Shown piece by piece: positions 48,344 through 60,891 of a stretch of 64,000 nt of DNA. The first letter of the stretch is position 1. Each line of letters opens with the position of its first letter. The stretch comes from Phoronis australis (Eukaryota > Animalia > Phoronida): NCBI GenBank assembly GCA_002633005.1, contig NMRA01000641.1:48361-112360 (forward strand). Reading direction: 5' to 3'. A model generated the notes under the pieces. That model did no database searches, was not told the DNA's origin, and was given only the letters and a program-made list of their open reading frames with translations. Made by a program: the position numbers and the translations under genes.

Positions 48344-49867
48344 TGTTTCTTGGCATAAGAAAATTGTTATCACATGATGAACTTATATATGCAATATGAT
48401 GGAAGGCGGAGTTACACGCCGGTATGAGAACGTAAGCAGTTACCCCCAGCAACTGCGCTGTCACAGACTTGACGGGCAGGCGAACTAATCCCACCCCTTA
48501 AGATAACAAGTGCATGCGATCCAGCAACGCGTTACGCCACGTAATGTTGGATAGAATCGAAACGTTTGCTAATGACACAGCGGCAGGTTAGATGCTTTAA
48601 CCCGGGGGGAGGCAGTTAACAGAAACTTAGATCAGTGTAATTCAACTAGGGGGTTTAAATAGGGAATTGTATTTTATTCTGAATAAATTTTGGATAGTTT
48701 TCTATGAGTTGTTGATTAATTTCACAAATAATTCAACATCAAAAAGTAAACTTATATGCTCTAGCTAAGCTCAAAAATAATAACCCGCTTGGGGCGCTTC
48801 TTCTCGTGACGTATTTGGTGAGGGCAAAGTCACTGTCCTGTGTTAGCGTGCAGTCAAGTGTCGTTCTTTATATTGTCGGAATAAGAAATTTTTGTGTGCA
48901 ATGTCGGGTCACCTGGGATACCTGTTTCAGCCGAGGCAACACAAAATGATACCCAGTTATCGTCATCGTCAGACGAATATTTGCCGGTGCAACCAGTCCG
49001 TATCAACAATTTACACAGGTGTGACTCTGCCGTGGGTAATGTGGACTCTAGCCAGCCAGTCAGCCAGCTGCCAGCTTTGTAAACTTGAAGGGTTGGTTAG
49101 TTACCGACTATAGCTGTATGAAGACTATCGTGCCACTGTTCGTTGAGCTCCGTTAGACCCAAACAGCTAGTTGATTACCCGTGTATAGTTGACTTCTGCT
49201 CGTCACATCGTAAAACTTAGGCTATATCAACATGTAGAGCTAACGGACCAGCGGGGGTGCATGCAAAATCTGGTAGTCAACCGACACTCACCTTGTTCGT
49301 TGCAGCCGTTTAAGTGGAAAACAAGCAAATAAACGTCATTTCTAGCATAATTTGCCGCGTTTTGTAACAAAGAAGTGTGTCGCCGGTTCAAAAACAGCAC
49401 GCTTGTTACACGGCGCACGCGCCATTTCCTAAAATTTTGAGACGTCTTTTGGGAGATGATGGCACCTTCGCAGCACCAAGGCTTGTTCTAAAATTCGGTT
49501 TCATTTGGTATAAAAATTCTAAAAACTTGTAACGAAATGAAACAAGTTCCGACAATTTGTTGTGACATGTACGCAACCTAGGTGCCCGGTCGGCAGCGTA
49601 GAACACTCGATAAACGAATCGGGGGAAAAGAAACTGGTAAAAGTCAGGTGACGTAATTGCAAAACACCGACTCAAGAGAACGCATCACGACAATTTAGCA
49701 GCAGCCGATTAACGATCGCTAACTTTTCCAACACCGGTAAATAAGTTAGTGTACTGTAGGAACATGGTTCCTAGGTTTACTGAAGGATGAGAGTAGTTTT
49801 AATGACAATAATTTTATTTGTCCCTTTTTAGCCATATTGGCGCAAACCTGCATGTAGGCCTATATTT

Positions 49868-50011
49868 CATGGGCGGCGCAGCACTGAAAAATGTGGGGTG
49901 GCTAAAGCCCCTCAGCCCCCCTGTGGTGCACCGCCTATAGACCACGTGCGGCATAGCACTGAAAAAAGTGGGGGCTATAGCCACCCACCCCCCTATGGTG
50001 CGCCGCCCATG
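49868..50011. mobile_element. hAT-like MITE with CATGGGCGGCGCA TIR
   Basis: CATGGGCGGCGCA...TGCGCCGCCCATG with ATATTT on both flanks. The same terminus occurs at ~2553, 15808 and 61136. Confidence 0.7.
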
Positions 50012-50409
50012 ATATTTAGTATACAGCTTTTGGCCAAGGTTTGGGTAACCCGGCAATGATATGCTATGACCATCCCTTTAGAAGACACCTTTTCCGAAGA
50101 GTTCGAATACCCGGGAGCCATACAAAAACACATGTCGAACCTTTTACAGCACTGTGAAAAACAGTAAAAAATAACTGATATAATACAATATAAACTCTTT
50201 ACAATGTGGCACGGCAATATAAGTGACAAGCAGTCGAGTACCCATCAGTCACGTCACTGACATATCAGCCAATCAGTGATCGCTGTCAAGATCTCAGTCT
50301 TTTGACAATAACTATGAATGATTAGTGCGAAACTGGGGCAAATGTGAGATTTATTTGTATCTTAGAACCGTTTCACTGCTGCATTATTGTTACCACAGTG
50401 CCGTTTTAA

Positions 50410-51125
50410 CGGAGAATGCCACCCGATTTAATTATAATTAGTTTTTTTACCGTCTTAATCGGTCTATATCCACATCGCCTCGCACACGGTCGACCTTACC
50501 TTGCCGAGAGGTGTCGCTTTAACCTGTAAGGAAGGTGAGAAACGACACATCGACGTCAGTGGTTCATCTGCAGAGTGAATGCCGCTATGTTGCGGTGCGT
50601 CGTTCCCGCTTGCCCGAACTATGGAGTTGCGAGGAAAGCGGGTATACCGTTTTTGCGACTTCCTCGAGAACCCAAATTGCTTAGGAAGTGGCTCGTGGTA
50701 GCAAAGAATGAAAAGTACGTTGTTAATGGCAAGTATGAGACCGTGAAACATCTCCGTGTCTGTGGCCGGAATTTCGTCGACAGTGATCTCTCTCACGAAT
50801 GCCGGCTTATCAAAGAACTATCCATTTCCGTTGTCTGTGTATGTTCATGGCGGCTTCTAGTATTTTTTGATCAGTGTATTCCTGTTTGAAGTGATAGCCT
50901 GTGAAACCTAACATCCACCTGTAAAGTCTTCGTCGGATGAACACTCGTCTAAGTCGGCCATTGTGAGTTGCCATGTTGACGTTTATGATTCTGCGTTGAA
51001 ATGAATTATTCTCACCATAACCAATGCTTATACAAAACTGAAACAAAGTCTGTGTCATTAGATACAATTTTTAATGCATTTGGAGTATTCGTGAGTGCAA
51101 ATGTTTTGAGAAGCCAGCAATGTAC
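50410..51125 (+). mobile_element. Second, inverted and partial copy of the non-autonomous Kolobok at 23757-25048
   Basis: TTAA-CGGAGAATGCCACCCGA start; co-linear with the reverse complement of ~24350-25048. Confidence 0.8.
50587..50889 (+). pseudogene. THAP domain remnant (Kolobok transposase N-terminus)
   Basis: MLRCVVPACPN...FLRLPREPKLLRKWL...LRVCGRNF. The final His ligand is replaced by Asn and no DDE region follows. Confidence 0.75.
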
Positions 51126-51263
51126 AATGAGGCGGATGTGGAACCGATGTGTCCATGGTTGCCTCATCGGTGACATTGGATTTTCGCAGCAGCTGGCGGT
51201 TGCGCACAAAGAAGTGACCATCTGAACGTCTAATCTTGTATTCTCTATTTTAAAGGCGTTTGG

Positions 51264-54200
51264 TTACAGTTGCAGGTTTCCATTCCAAGTGACCTCGCTG
51301 AATGGGTTGCATACGAACAGCGTCACCTGGCTGGAGGATAGGTAAGTTTCTTCGGTGTGGATTAAGGCGGTCAGTAGTCGATGACTTTTTGTCTTCCATA
51401 AGTTAACGTTCACTAGAGTTTTGGTTAGAAGGCCGCAGCATCTTTGACGTGGTTGGAACGAGGCTCTTGGTCTTCCGAATAAGCGTTCAACTGGACTGGT
51501 TGAAAGGCCCTCATTCGGTGTGTTGCGAATATTCAATAGGCCCAGGTATGGATCTTCATGTGCTGCTTCACAGCGACGTAACATGCGCTTGGTTATTTTA
51601 ACAGTGACTTCAGCAGACGCCTTTTTGCTTTGATTTTACTAGGGGTAGTGACTATGTAATTGAATGTTCAATCGGAGGCAAAACGTTTAAATTTGTCCGA
51701 AGAGTATTGTGGACCACCGTCGCTGACATGAGTATCTGGTATGCCGTGTCTGGCAAAATGATGCTTCAACTTTAGTCGGTGGGCCAGATCTCATAGCGTT
51801 CATCCTTGTGAGTACTTTAGGGGGGCAACCTAGTTTTATCTATGTGGCTAGATAATATACCTATAAATCAAAATCCAAAAAGTTCCCACATCTACACTTG
51901 CACATTTTTTTAAAAAAAGGTGTTTTTGTTGCACAAAATATTATGCACATTCCTGCCACTTGGTGGCGCTTTTCTATTGAATTGACCAATCAGAGAGCCA
52001 GATTGTATTGTTGTGCTTAGTTACTTCAATATGGCTGCTCCCATGGAGTGCGATGCTTGTATAATTCAAGGTTTATCAAACAGCACAAAATTGTGATGCC
52101 AGAGCCTAAAGAAGCTTAGGAAAGCTTCCTGACGAACTCTGATGGAATGTGGAACTCTGTAGATCATTAGATCAAAAAGAATAAGAGGTGTTACAAACGT
52201 TTGTGCAGATAACAGCTGCATGCCCCGGTATAGCCTACACAGTATACTGCTGAGTGCTGTAGACTAGAAGACCAAGTGTCAGACCAAGAAATTGAAAGGA
52301 CATAGAACGGCATAGCAACGTTTCAAGGCACCAACAATAGTACTAAAGCTGAAGTTGCTGAAAGTGATACAGATGTTATCCAAGATTTCCCAAGAAAATC
52401 AATTATGCTTCCAAAATCTGAAACACCCAATTAACCTGAATAACATAGGAACATTCTGAAACATGAGTGCATCATTTGTTAGCAGGAAAAGTATATTATG
52501 GACCATATTTCAAGAAAGAGAAAGAAGTATAGCTTTGTAAAACAGGTACGTGTTTTTGAAAGCTATATCTTGGTGTTTTCCATGTGTGTTTCAGTATTAT
52601 CACCAGTTGTTTTTTTTAACTTGTTCAGCTCCTTGGCTGCCTAGGCCTTAAACAATACCGCTGAACCAGTAGAGACGGTGATCATACCATAAGTACTCCA
52701 TATGCCGGATGCTTTTCAGCAAATTATGTTCCTATAAGTTTAGAAGTACCGCGTAGAGAGATGCCTCTGAGGAGGTCGTTAATGTTTTCATTTGTTCCCA
52801 GTTTAAACAAATACTCCTGCAATCCTGTTTTTCCAACACTCCATTGTTCATTTGCCACATCGACACTGCTTGCGCTAAGGGGTAATCATATGGCGTTATA
52901 CTGTGGGTGTGATTTTAAAGCACTTTAAGTCAAAAATTTTTGAGAAGGTTGAATGGAGTAGATGGTTGCAAACAACATGCCCAAGTGGCCGTCATCCCCT
53001 GTCGTAGTCCTGGGATAGGGGGAACTTCTTTTCAATTTTTTGTAAACANAGACAATGCCAGAATAACTTCCTAGTAATATTCAGACTTAGTTTGCATTTT
53101 TGCCACTAGGTGTCTCTTTACATTTTTTAAATTTCACTGTTTACAATTAATCTACAATAGTAAAACATGTAATGTGAGTGTAATATTGTTCAATACAATA
53201 GCAATGATGGGACCAAATTATTTGTTTTACAAAAAAGTCACCAAAACTGTTGTTTTTACAAATATAAATTTACTAAGCTCTTTGGTGATTATTAGGTAAC
53301 TTCAAACTCAAATTTCTCAAAAATGTGCAACTTTATATGTAGGAACTTTTTAGATTTTGAAAACACTCCAGTAAATGAATTAAAAAACACCAAAATAAAA
53401 TCCCCCCTAAAGTACTCACAAAAACCATTTTCTAGAGGCCCTACAAATTCTGGCCCACCGACTACTTGTTAACGACTGTCTCCGAGAGGGTGTCAGGTAG
53501 GTAATCAATCTCAAAAAATTACTGTAGTAGTCAACAGTGATAATGTAGGAACGATTGGAGAGAGTAAAAAGATCTGTGCCTACTTTCTCCAAAGGGCGTT
53601 CTGGCACGTCGTGCATGTCGAGTGTCTTTTGTGGTTGGTAATCGGCATGCGTAGCGCGAATACTACAGGATTCAACATACTGGCGTATTTTCGTGGACGT
53701 GCCGCGCCAGTGTACGAGTTGTTGAGCACGACGAAGACATGAGTTAATACCCTGGTGGCCAGCATGGATTTAGCACTTGATGTCAGCTTGGAGTGATTTG
53801 GGAGTGACGACATTGTTTACCTTGGAGGATTATGCCGTCTTGTAGGGGTAGCTCGTCACAGTAGTCGAAATATTGTCGGATCATTTTGGGATGTGTCGAT
53901 TTCTTTATAGTTAATGCGTATTTGTGCCAAGAATGTCTCTTTGATAGGTAGAAACGAAGCAGCATTCACACTTGTGAGTTCCTCTGTTGGTTTGTCTGTC
54001 ATTGGGGCTCGGAATGGAGCATCAGCCACAGGTAATATCAATTTACCTGGGCGGTGCATAAGCTCGAAGTCATTTCTGAGCGCGTAGAGGTGATTCGAGA
54101 CGTCATGGTACACGAGAAAGTGGCTTGGATTTTATAGCAACTAGCGGCTTGTGGTTGGTGATAACCTGTAGGGTACGGCCATAGGTGTAGTAGTGGAATT

Positions 54201-55307
54201 TCGCTAATCCAAAGACCACGGCCAGCAACTCTTTCTCGATTTGAGCATATCGGGTCTCGGGGTCAGTGAGTGAACGGCTGGCGAAAGCAATCGACTTTCC
54301 GTATTGCATCAGACATGAACCGATTCCATAGTCACTTGCGTCGTTTTCCAAAGTCAAGTCTTTGGTGATGTCGCATAAGCCAAGTACTGGAACTTCTGTC
54401 CAGGGTACGTCTTTCGTAAGGAGGTTTCGTAAGGGGGCGCTTTCAGCTGCCAGGTTGGGTAGGTACTTGCCCAAGTAGTTGATCATACCCATGAAGCGTC
54501 GCAGTTCTTCAACGTTTTGAAGGGATGCCATTGCGGCCAGTGCTCTCACTTTTTCAGGTTCAGGACGCATACCTTGAGCAGAAAAGTATGACCGAAGGAT
54601 GTTTCGGGGACCATGTTCCCAAACTTCTGTTAGTTGAGTTTAAGGCTCTTCTCCCGGCAGCGTATAATGAACGTTCTCAGGTTGGCATCATGTTCGGCTG
54701 CATCGCGGCCATAGATTACAAGATCATCTGCTATACGCAGTACATCCGGGATTCCGGTGAGGGGTTCTACCATCTTTTTGCCGAATATCTCAGCATGTAT
54801 CGATAACCCAAATGGAGGACGATTCCACTGGTATCTATCGTCAAACCAGGATTGGAACGTGGTCAGTTTACGCGAGGATTCGTCGGGTTGTACATGCCAA
54901 TAGGCAGACGAGATGTCAACTTTAGTGAAGAGTTTTGCCTGTGACAGTAGGTGCATGTGGTCTTTAAGCACAGATAGAATATAACGTTCACGCTTCAGTG
55001 CCTGGTTGAGTTTACCGGAGTCGAGGCATATACGTAGTTGACCGTTTTTCTTCTCAGCTACTACCATTTGGCTGACTCAGGGATTAGGTTCGTTGACTGG
55101 CGAGTTGACATTACGTTTTGTCAGACGGTCTAGTTCAACTTTGAGTTTGGGTCTGCATGATGGTCGTTCTTTGCGAGCAGGCATGACCACAGGGCGGATC
55201 CACTTCGAGGTGGACTTCTCCAGCCAAAGTGCCAAGACCCTCGTCAAATACATCGGAGAACTCATTCGTGAGTGACACTTGGTTAACACGCTCAAAGTTT
55301 TCCTCAT
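51264..55307 (-). mobile_element. Degenerate Ty3/Gypsy pol (RT-RH-INT order); no LTRs recognised
   Basis: KKNGQLRICLD, KVDISSAYWHV, IADDLVIYG, RFMGMINYL, NDASDYGIG, RYAQIEKELLAVVF, GTDLFT, VDYYS, SDGGPQY, RNTPNEG..SPVERLFGR. Confidence 0.9.
51773..53464. mobile_element. Academ-like non-autonomous DNA transposon inserted in the Gypsy integrase
   Basis: TIR TAGTCGGTGGGCCAGA / TCTGGCCCACCGACTA with a 3-bp CTT TSD. Further inverted blocks (TTGTGAGTACTTTAGGGGGG / CCCCCCTAAAGTACTCACAA). TAG...CTA termini with a 3-bp TSD fit Academ. Confidence 0.8.
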
Positions 55308-57304
55308 TCACCGAGATTTGGAGAGATACACTGAGTATCAGTGAGGGAAGTGAAGTCTTTTTGTAACATCAGGAACGGTACAGAGTATTTGTGTTACGTC
55401 TGAGAATTGTGCAATGTGAGTCTAAGAGAACCAAGAGGTGGATGGATTCGATGTCTTTCTTCCACATGGTAAGTGTCTCTTCTGTAGGTTCTGTTTGTAC
55501 CTTGGTGACGTATTTCACAGGCGGAGTCCGAATCATGTAAACACTGATAAATTCGTATTTTAATGACGTTCGACATGCAATGAAATTACTGTGTCATTGA
55601 AAATGTGTGAAATACGTAAATTAACATCCACTTATAATAGAATGAGAATGAAAATCTGTCAGTGAGTTTTAATCAATATTAAAATGTATTTGCTTTCATT
55701 CTCTTGAAGCTCCCATCAAAGGCCATCATGGTTTTGTTTCATGTTTTGAGTTCTTAATAAGACAAATGGTCGACCGTTCCTTATTACATTTCATACCTCC
55801 ATGGACTATAAAATTTTAAAGAATACTCCTGGGGGCTCAGACGGGAGTTACCCCCGGTGCCAGCAAAGGGAGGAGTACAAACCAGGTAAAAACCAGTTGG
55901 GCGTCAAATGGGTGTTGACTCCCTCTCAGGGGGTACATGGGACGAGTGCTAACGAGTAAAAACCAATGGGGTATGCCACATGAGTGTTGAGTTCCTTCCA
56001 TCGTCACAAATTTTGGTTGCTCTCCTGACCATTGACAACATGCGATGAGGTGGTTATAAGATTTGGCCCTCGATTTGTGCATGACCCCCAAGGACATTTT
56101 GTAATGACCGGTGGCCATGCTCCTGTGGTTATGTCAGTGCCGTCTTGGGTATTTTCCAACTTTTCATTACATTTTGATCCCACCTTACTGCTGGTTTCAT
56201 ATCCACCCAACAATTTCGCATGTGTTCCCTATTCAATGCACTAGGCTACTAGCAATGTTTTGTGCAGTGGGTGTTCCACAAGTAAGAAGAAGAAAGCAAG
56301 GAAATTCATCACTATCACAGCATTGTAATCCATTCTGGTGCAAGCTCACATATAATTTAGAATATTTCATAGTGATATGCTGGTTCAGGGTAAACTTCCC
56401 ACTCTCCCACTATAATCACCAATAGTAACAAGTTAGTTGCTAATCTGTAGAATAGCTCACAACTTACAAAACGTATTAACATTGAGTATATCATCACTCA
56501 TAACTAGTCAAAGTTTAAAATGACATGACAAAATATTTTAACAGGAATCAAAATATTCACTAACCACACAATTTCGTACAAAACTGAACTAAAAAGAATT
56601 GGATGACAAGACCAAATTATAATTTCATATACCCACTGTTCCTCTCCTCAATAACAGTAAATATTTCAGGTAAGTTACAGTTTGACCACGAGATCACATC
56701 TGTTACCTAGCCACAACTGGGGCTTAAATTAATCACAATCTCCAAACTCGTACAAAATAGGCAACACATATACCATGACAACAAGAAAATCTGACCAACC
56801 TTCTCTCTCTCTCTCTATTAATTCACTAGTGAATTAAAGCTATTTTCACCAAAGAAATACGTTATAAATAAAGCTGAAAACTAATTTACTCATAGAGGTG
56901 TTTTTCATCAATAAGCAAACTGTTTCGCATTGCGTAGGGGTGGTTCGAATTTCTAGAAAGGTGCACTTTTGATATTTTGCAAACGTCGACTCTGTGGAGT
57001 TTTCGCTTAATTAGGTGAAGAGAAATTTGTACATACAACGATAACTCTTGGCTTTAAGTTCCTGAGATGAGATGGAATTCGTAATACCAGAAATGAGGAT
57101 GCCGGGACGGTTGTTCGAAAAAATGGAACTCAAATTCAGATGTAATGTGGTCCAGAAAGAGAGCGCTCTCGCCTTACCTCCTGCCAAGCTTCCGAATCAA
57201 GCGTGCTTAAGTGAATGATTACACCTCATTAGGTGCTGGAACGGAAATATTTAGTCGGAGAATGACTTGACGAATTTTTTTTATCTTTTGTGTTATTTAA
57301 GTTG

Positions 57305-58190
57305 TGAACAGCCCACTATTTCAAAGGTTCACTGCTCCTAAGGTTCATCATTCCGAAGGTTCAATAATTCGAAGGTTCACAATTCCAGAGGATCACTATT
57401 CCGAAAATAAGTACAATTTCGGATTCATGTATAATTTATGTATTTTACATGCAAAATTAACGATAATTCGGTTATTAGATGCACTGAGTGGTGTACCTGT
57501 ACCGAAAACAACGCTCGGGTACTAAAACACTTTGAATTTCATGCTCATGCGAAATTGCCCGCCTGTCTTACGAATACGGAAAAGTGAGTACGTACTTGCA
57601 TTTATACAATAATATGAAGTAGGAATATTGCTGAATTATCAATCACGATACATTCATCAAATCCATGTCAAAATCGGCATCCCATTTCACAGCGCGTCTG
57701 AAAAGTTTAGGGCCGCTACGCCTCTTCCTCACCCACCGGAACCACGCGCAAGGCCGGGTCGAAACTAAATGTAGTTAGCAGCCCTTTCCCAGCCAGTCTC
57801 CACGAAGTAAGAGAGTCCCATACAATCTTAAATTTAAAACCGCCGTTCGTTGCCGCAGCCCTGACCGTACCACAGATGTTGTCCCTGCTTGACAATGATT
57901 CGTTAGTTAGATTCAAGAATCACGAATGGCAGTGATAGGAAATGAGCTTATTAATGTCTATCATATTGTTTTAAGAACTACTCTTGCACACTTTTTAAAT
58001 GGTTACTAAATGGACGCAAATACCATAGTTTATTCGTGTCAGTTCCGACTCATTAGCAGACAATCAGAGCAATGAACTGTCGGAATTGTAGACATTCGAA
58101 CTTTCGAAGGTAGCGAACTTTCGGAGTACTGAACCTTCAGAGTAGCGGACCTGCGGAGTAGTGGACCTTCGGAATAATGACTTGCAACCA
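57305..58190. mobile_element. Foldback-like element with inverted arrays of ~15-bp TTCCGAAGGTTCA-type subunits at both ends
   Basis: Arrays at 57310-57405 and, inverted, at 58075-58178. The left-arm counterpart is split between ~16250-16320 and ~33000-33100 by the Kolobok. Confidence 0.55.
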
Positions 58191-58405
58191 TGGAAATCTT
58201 TACCATCAAGTTTGATGTTTGTATGAAGTTTGCGAGACTGTGCACCATTGACACTGATTGACAAGAGATGACTTCATTCGTTGACGTTTTTATTAGGTCT
58301 AGACCTAATTTTCCTTATTAATATGAACATGCTCAGTGCAAGAAAACACGGTAGTTAAGTGTCGTGTTTTTTAGCGACAACGGAGTACTGCCTAAAGTGG
58401 TGAAC

Positions 58406-58705
58406 CAGTGGCGGATTTAGGAGGGGGAGGGGTCAAGGGGGCCATGGCCCCCTAAAATTCTCCCAGATACCATTTGTCAGTTTGCTGACTTGCATATGCG
58501 CGCATCCAGGGGGGCTCGGGGGGCGAATGCACAATGCATAGGCCTTGAACAAACCCCGTTTACCGTTTGTTTAGTAATAAGGTCCGCAAACTCAAAAACT
58601 GGAGACCCCTGCATCCCTGCATTTTAGGCTGGGTGTGCGCATGTGCCGAAATTCTGGTTATTCCTGTGCCCTGCCCCCCAACTCAAAATCCTGGATCCGC
58701 CTCTG
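58406..58705. mobile_element. hAT-like MITE with a nested CAT(AT)GCGCGCA-type MITE
   Basis: CAGTGGCGGATTTAGG...CCTGGATCCGCCTCTG with TGAAC on both flanks; nested unit ~58494-58643; absent from the left arm. Confidence 0.6.
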
Positions 58706-60211
58706 TGAACTTACCGTCGGCGTGTAGTGAATTAAAAGAATGGATGAACAACATATCTGACAAACACTTTCAATTTGAAAAATGCCAGCACTTATCCGTA
58801 CTGTGCTAGCAAGTATACCAAAATAGCAGACAACAAACCTAATTTCTACTGTTTTGTTCCTTAATCGATTTTAAGGCATTCACACCGTACTAATTTTTGG
58901 GAGCTCTTTCGCTGCTCTATAGCTTAGCTACGTATAAACATTTGCTTCTAGACTCCCTTTATGGTTAAGCCACCACACGCGTTCAATGCTGGTGAATAAC
59001 ATGAAGCCTCTCCTGGCCGTATGCACGATCCTGTCATCTACGCAATCACCATAGACCAAATTCACGCGGCGGACATTAAAATCCAAAGCGACGCTCAATG
59101 CGATAAACAAAGCAGATGTCGACATTGCGTGAGTTAAATGGCCGGTCTTTCGCGTCCAACCTGGATATTAAATCTTAAAAATGTGTCGATAATTAACAAC
59201 AGAGACGTAGAAAATACATTAGAGAACAAGTTAATGCACCAAAGAGCTGTCTGACGAAAGGGTATCAGTTTTTTTTTTCTGAAAACTAGGTTCGAAACAC
59301 AAAAAGTAAATATGGCCAACTTGCGGCGATCGTAGTGTTACGGATTAGGTATTAAGGTGAATGCAGGCTTACGTTTCCTCTTTTAAATTGGTTGATAAAG
59401 CTTTCTACGCGAACAAGGTCATCTGCTCACATTGTTGACGATTTGAAGATATATTCAACGGTGGTGGCTATTTTGCTTTGATGTGAAATTAGTCACATCT
59501 GGTTTAATTTGTTGATAAAGCATAGCCTACGTTCTGGTGAGGTGAGGACTACCGAGACTAACAGTTGATGTGTCATTTATCTGAAAGAATGATTTATGTT
59601 ATTACGTATATTTTTATTGAAATAAGTAACTAGGCTCGTAAATGAAAATAAAAATTATTTGACCATTAATTATGCTTTCTTCAGTGGTTTTAATAATTCT
59701 TACATCTATTTCATGTGTTAGGTTTCAAATATCAATCTGGACCAAGTTGAATTTTAAAATTAAAACACCTAATTCGTTCGTCCAAAGCATAAAGCTCAAT
59801 TTCAGTTAAATGGACAGAGCAAGCATAGTTATCATGTTTCTTCTGGGGAAATGAGGTGCCTAGCCGTGCCTTCTGAGACGGGAATAGGGCCGACATTCGG
59901 CCCCAAAATCGAAGGATTGAGGGCCCTGTCCTTTTTGGAAAGAAAAATGCATCATGTTTCGGCCCGTAGTCATGAAAACACAGCCTAGCTGACCGACGAT
60001 TCTCCGGTTGTTCCTATGCTTGGCAACAGAGATGCGACAAAATAGGATCTAACATTTCGAAAACATTTATAAGTTTTACACGGACATATTTTCTTTCGTC
60101 GCGGCGTATGGTAACGACCCAAAGCTTCCGAATCACAACGTCCTTTGGGATTGTAAAACAGACAGTTGAATGTCCTTATTTTTTTTAGCCGTTCGCGGAA
60201 TACACTGAACT

Positions 60212-60771
60212 ATGATGATAAGCTAACAAAGCCATCGTAGCGAGCCTCGTTTTGGAACGCTCCTCCTGTCGGGGTGAATTAGGTCTATTCGGGCGAAGTT
60301 GGCCTGGTATGGCCTGATGATTATGTGAAGTGCTTTAAATTGGAAGCAAATTCAAAATTAGTACTTAGTTATCATTGTAGTTAGTAGTACCAGTACCTAA
60401 AACAAATTTGCTGTTCATTATATCCTATACCTTATCTTTAACGGATAGGCTAAGGTTGGACCCGTAGCCAAGGGGGGGGGGGTAAAACCCANATGATGAT
60501 AAGCTAACAAAGCCATCGTAGCGAGCCTCGTTTTGGAACGCTCCTCCTGTCGGGGTGAATTAGGTCTATTCGGGCGAAGTTGGCCTGGTATGGCCTGATG
60601 ATTATGTGAAGTGCTTTAAATTGGAAGTAAATTCAAAATTAGTACTTAGTTATCATTGTAGTTAGTAGTACCAGTACCTAAAACAAATTTGCTGTTCATT
60701 ATATCCTATACCTTATCTTTAACGGATAGGCTAAGGTTGGACCCGTAGCCAAGGGGGGGGGGGTAAAACCC
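60212..60771. repeat. 280-bp tandem duplication across N60492 (likely contig-overlap artefact)
   Basis: 60212-60491 is nearly identical to 60493-60771. Confidence 0.9.
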
Positions 60772-60790
60772 ACCCCCTTGACTACGGGCC

Positions 60791-60891
60791 TGTGTTTGCA
60801 CTGCATTCCATACCAGCTTCTTTTTCATACGAGCATTCATGAACATAGGCTCCTCGAAGTGACGAGAGCATAACTTGCAGTTCTTGGACAC
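60791..60891 (-). pseudogene. THAP domain C-terminal remnant
   Basis: CKLCSRHFEEPMFMNARMKKKLVWNAVQT (CxxHF...AVPT-like), interrupted by a small CAGGCCCGTAG-type MITE. Confidence 0.6.

Noticed and set aside
48892-49113. MSGHLGYLFQP as another KolX-like start in a further Kolobok derivative
   Set aside because: Only a short motif; matching TTAA-flanked TIRs could not be identified.
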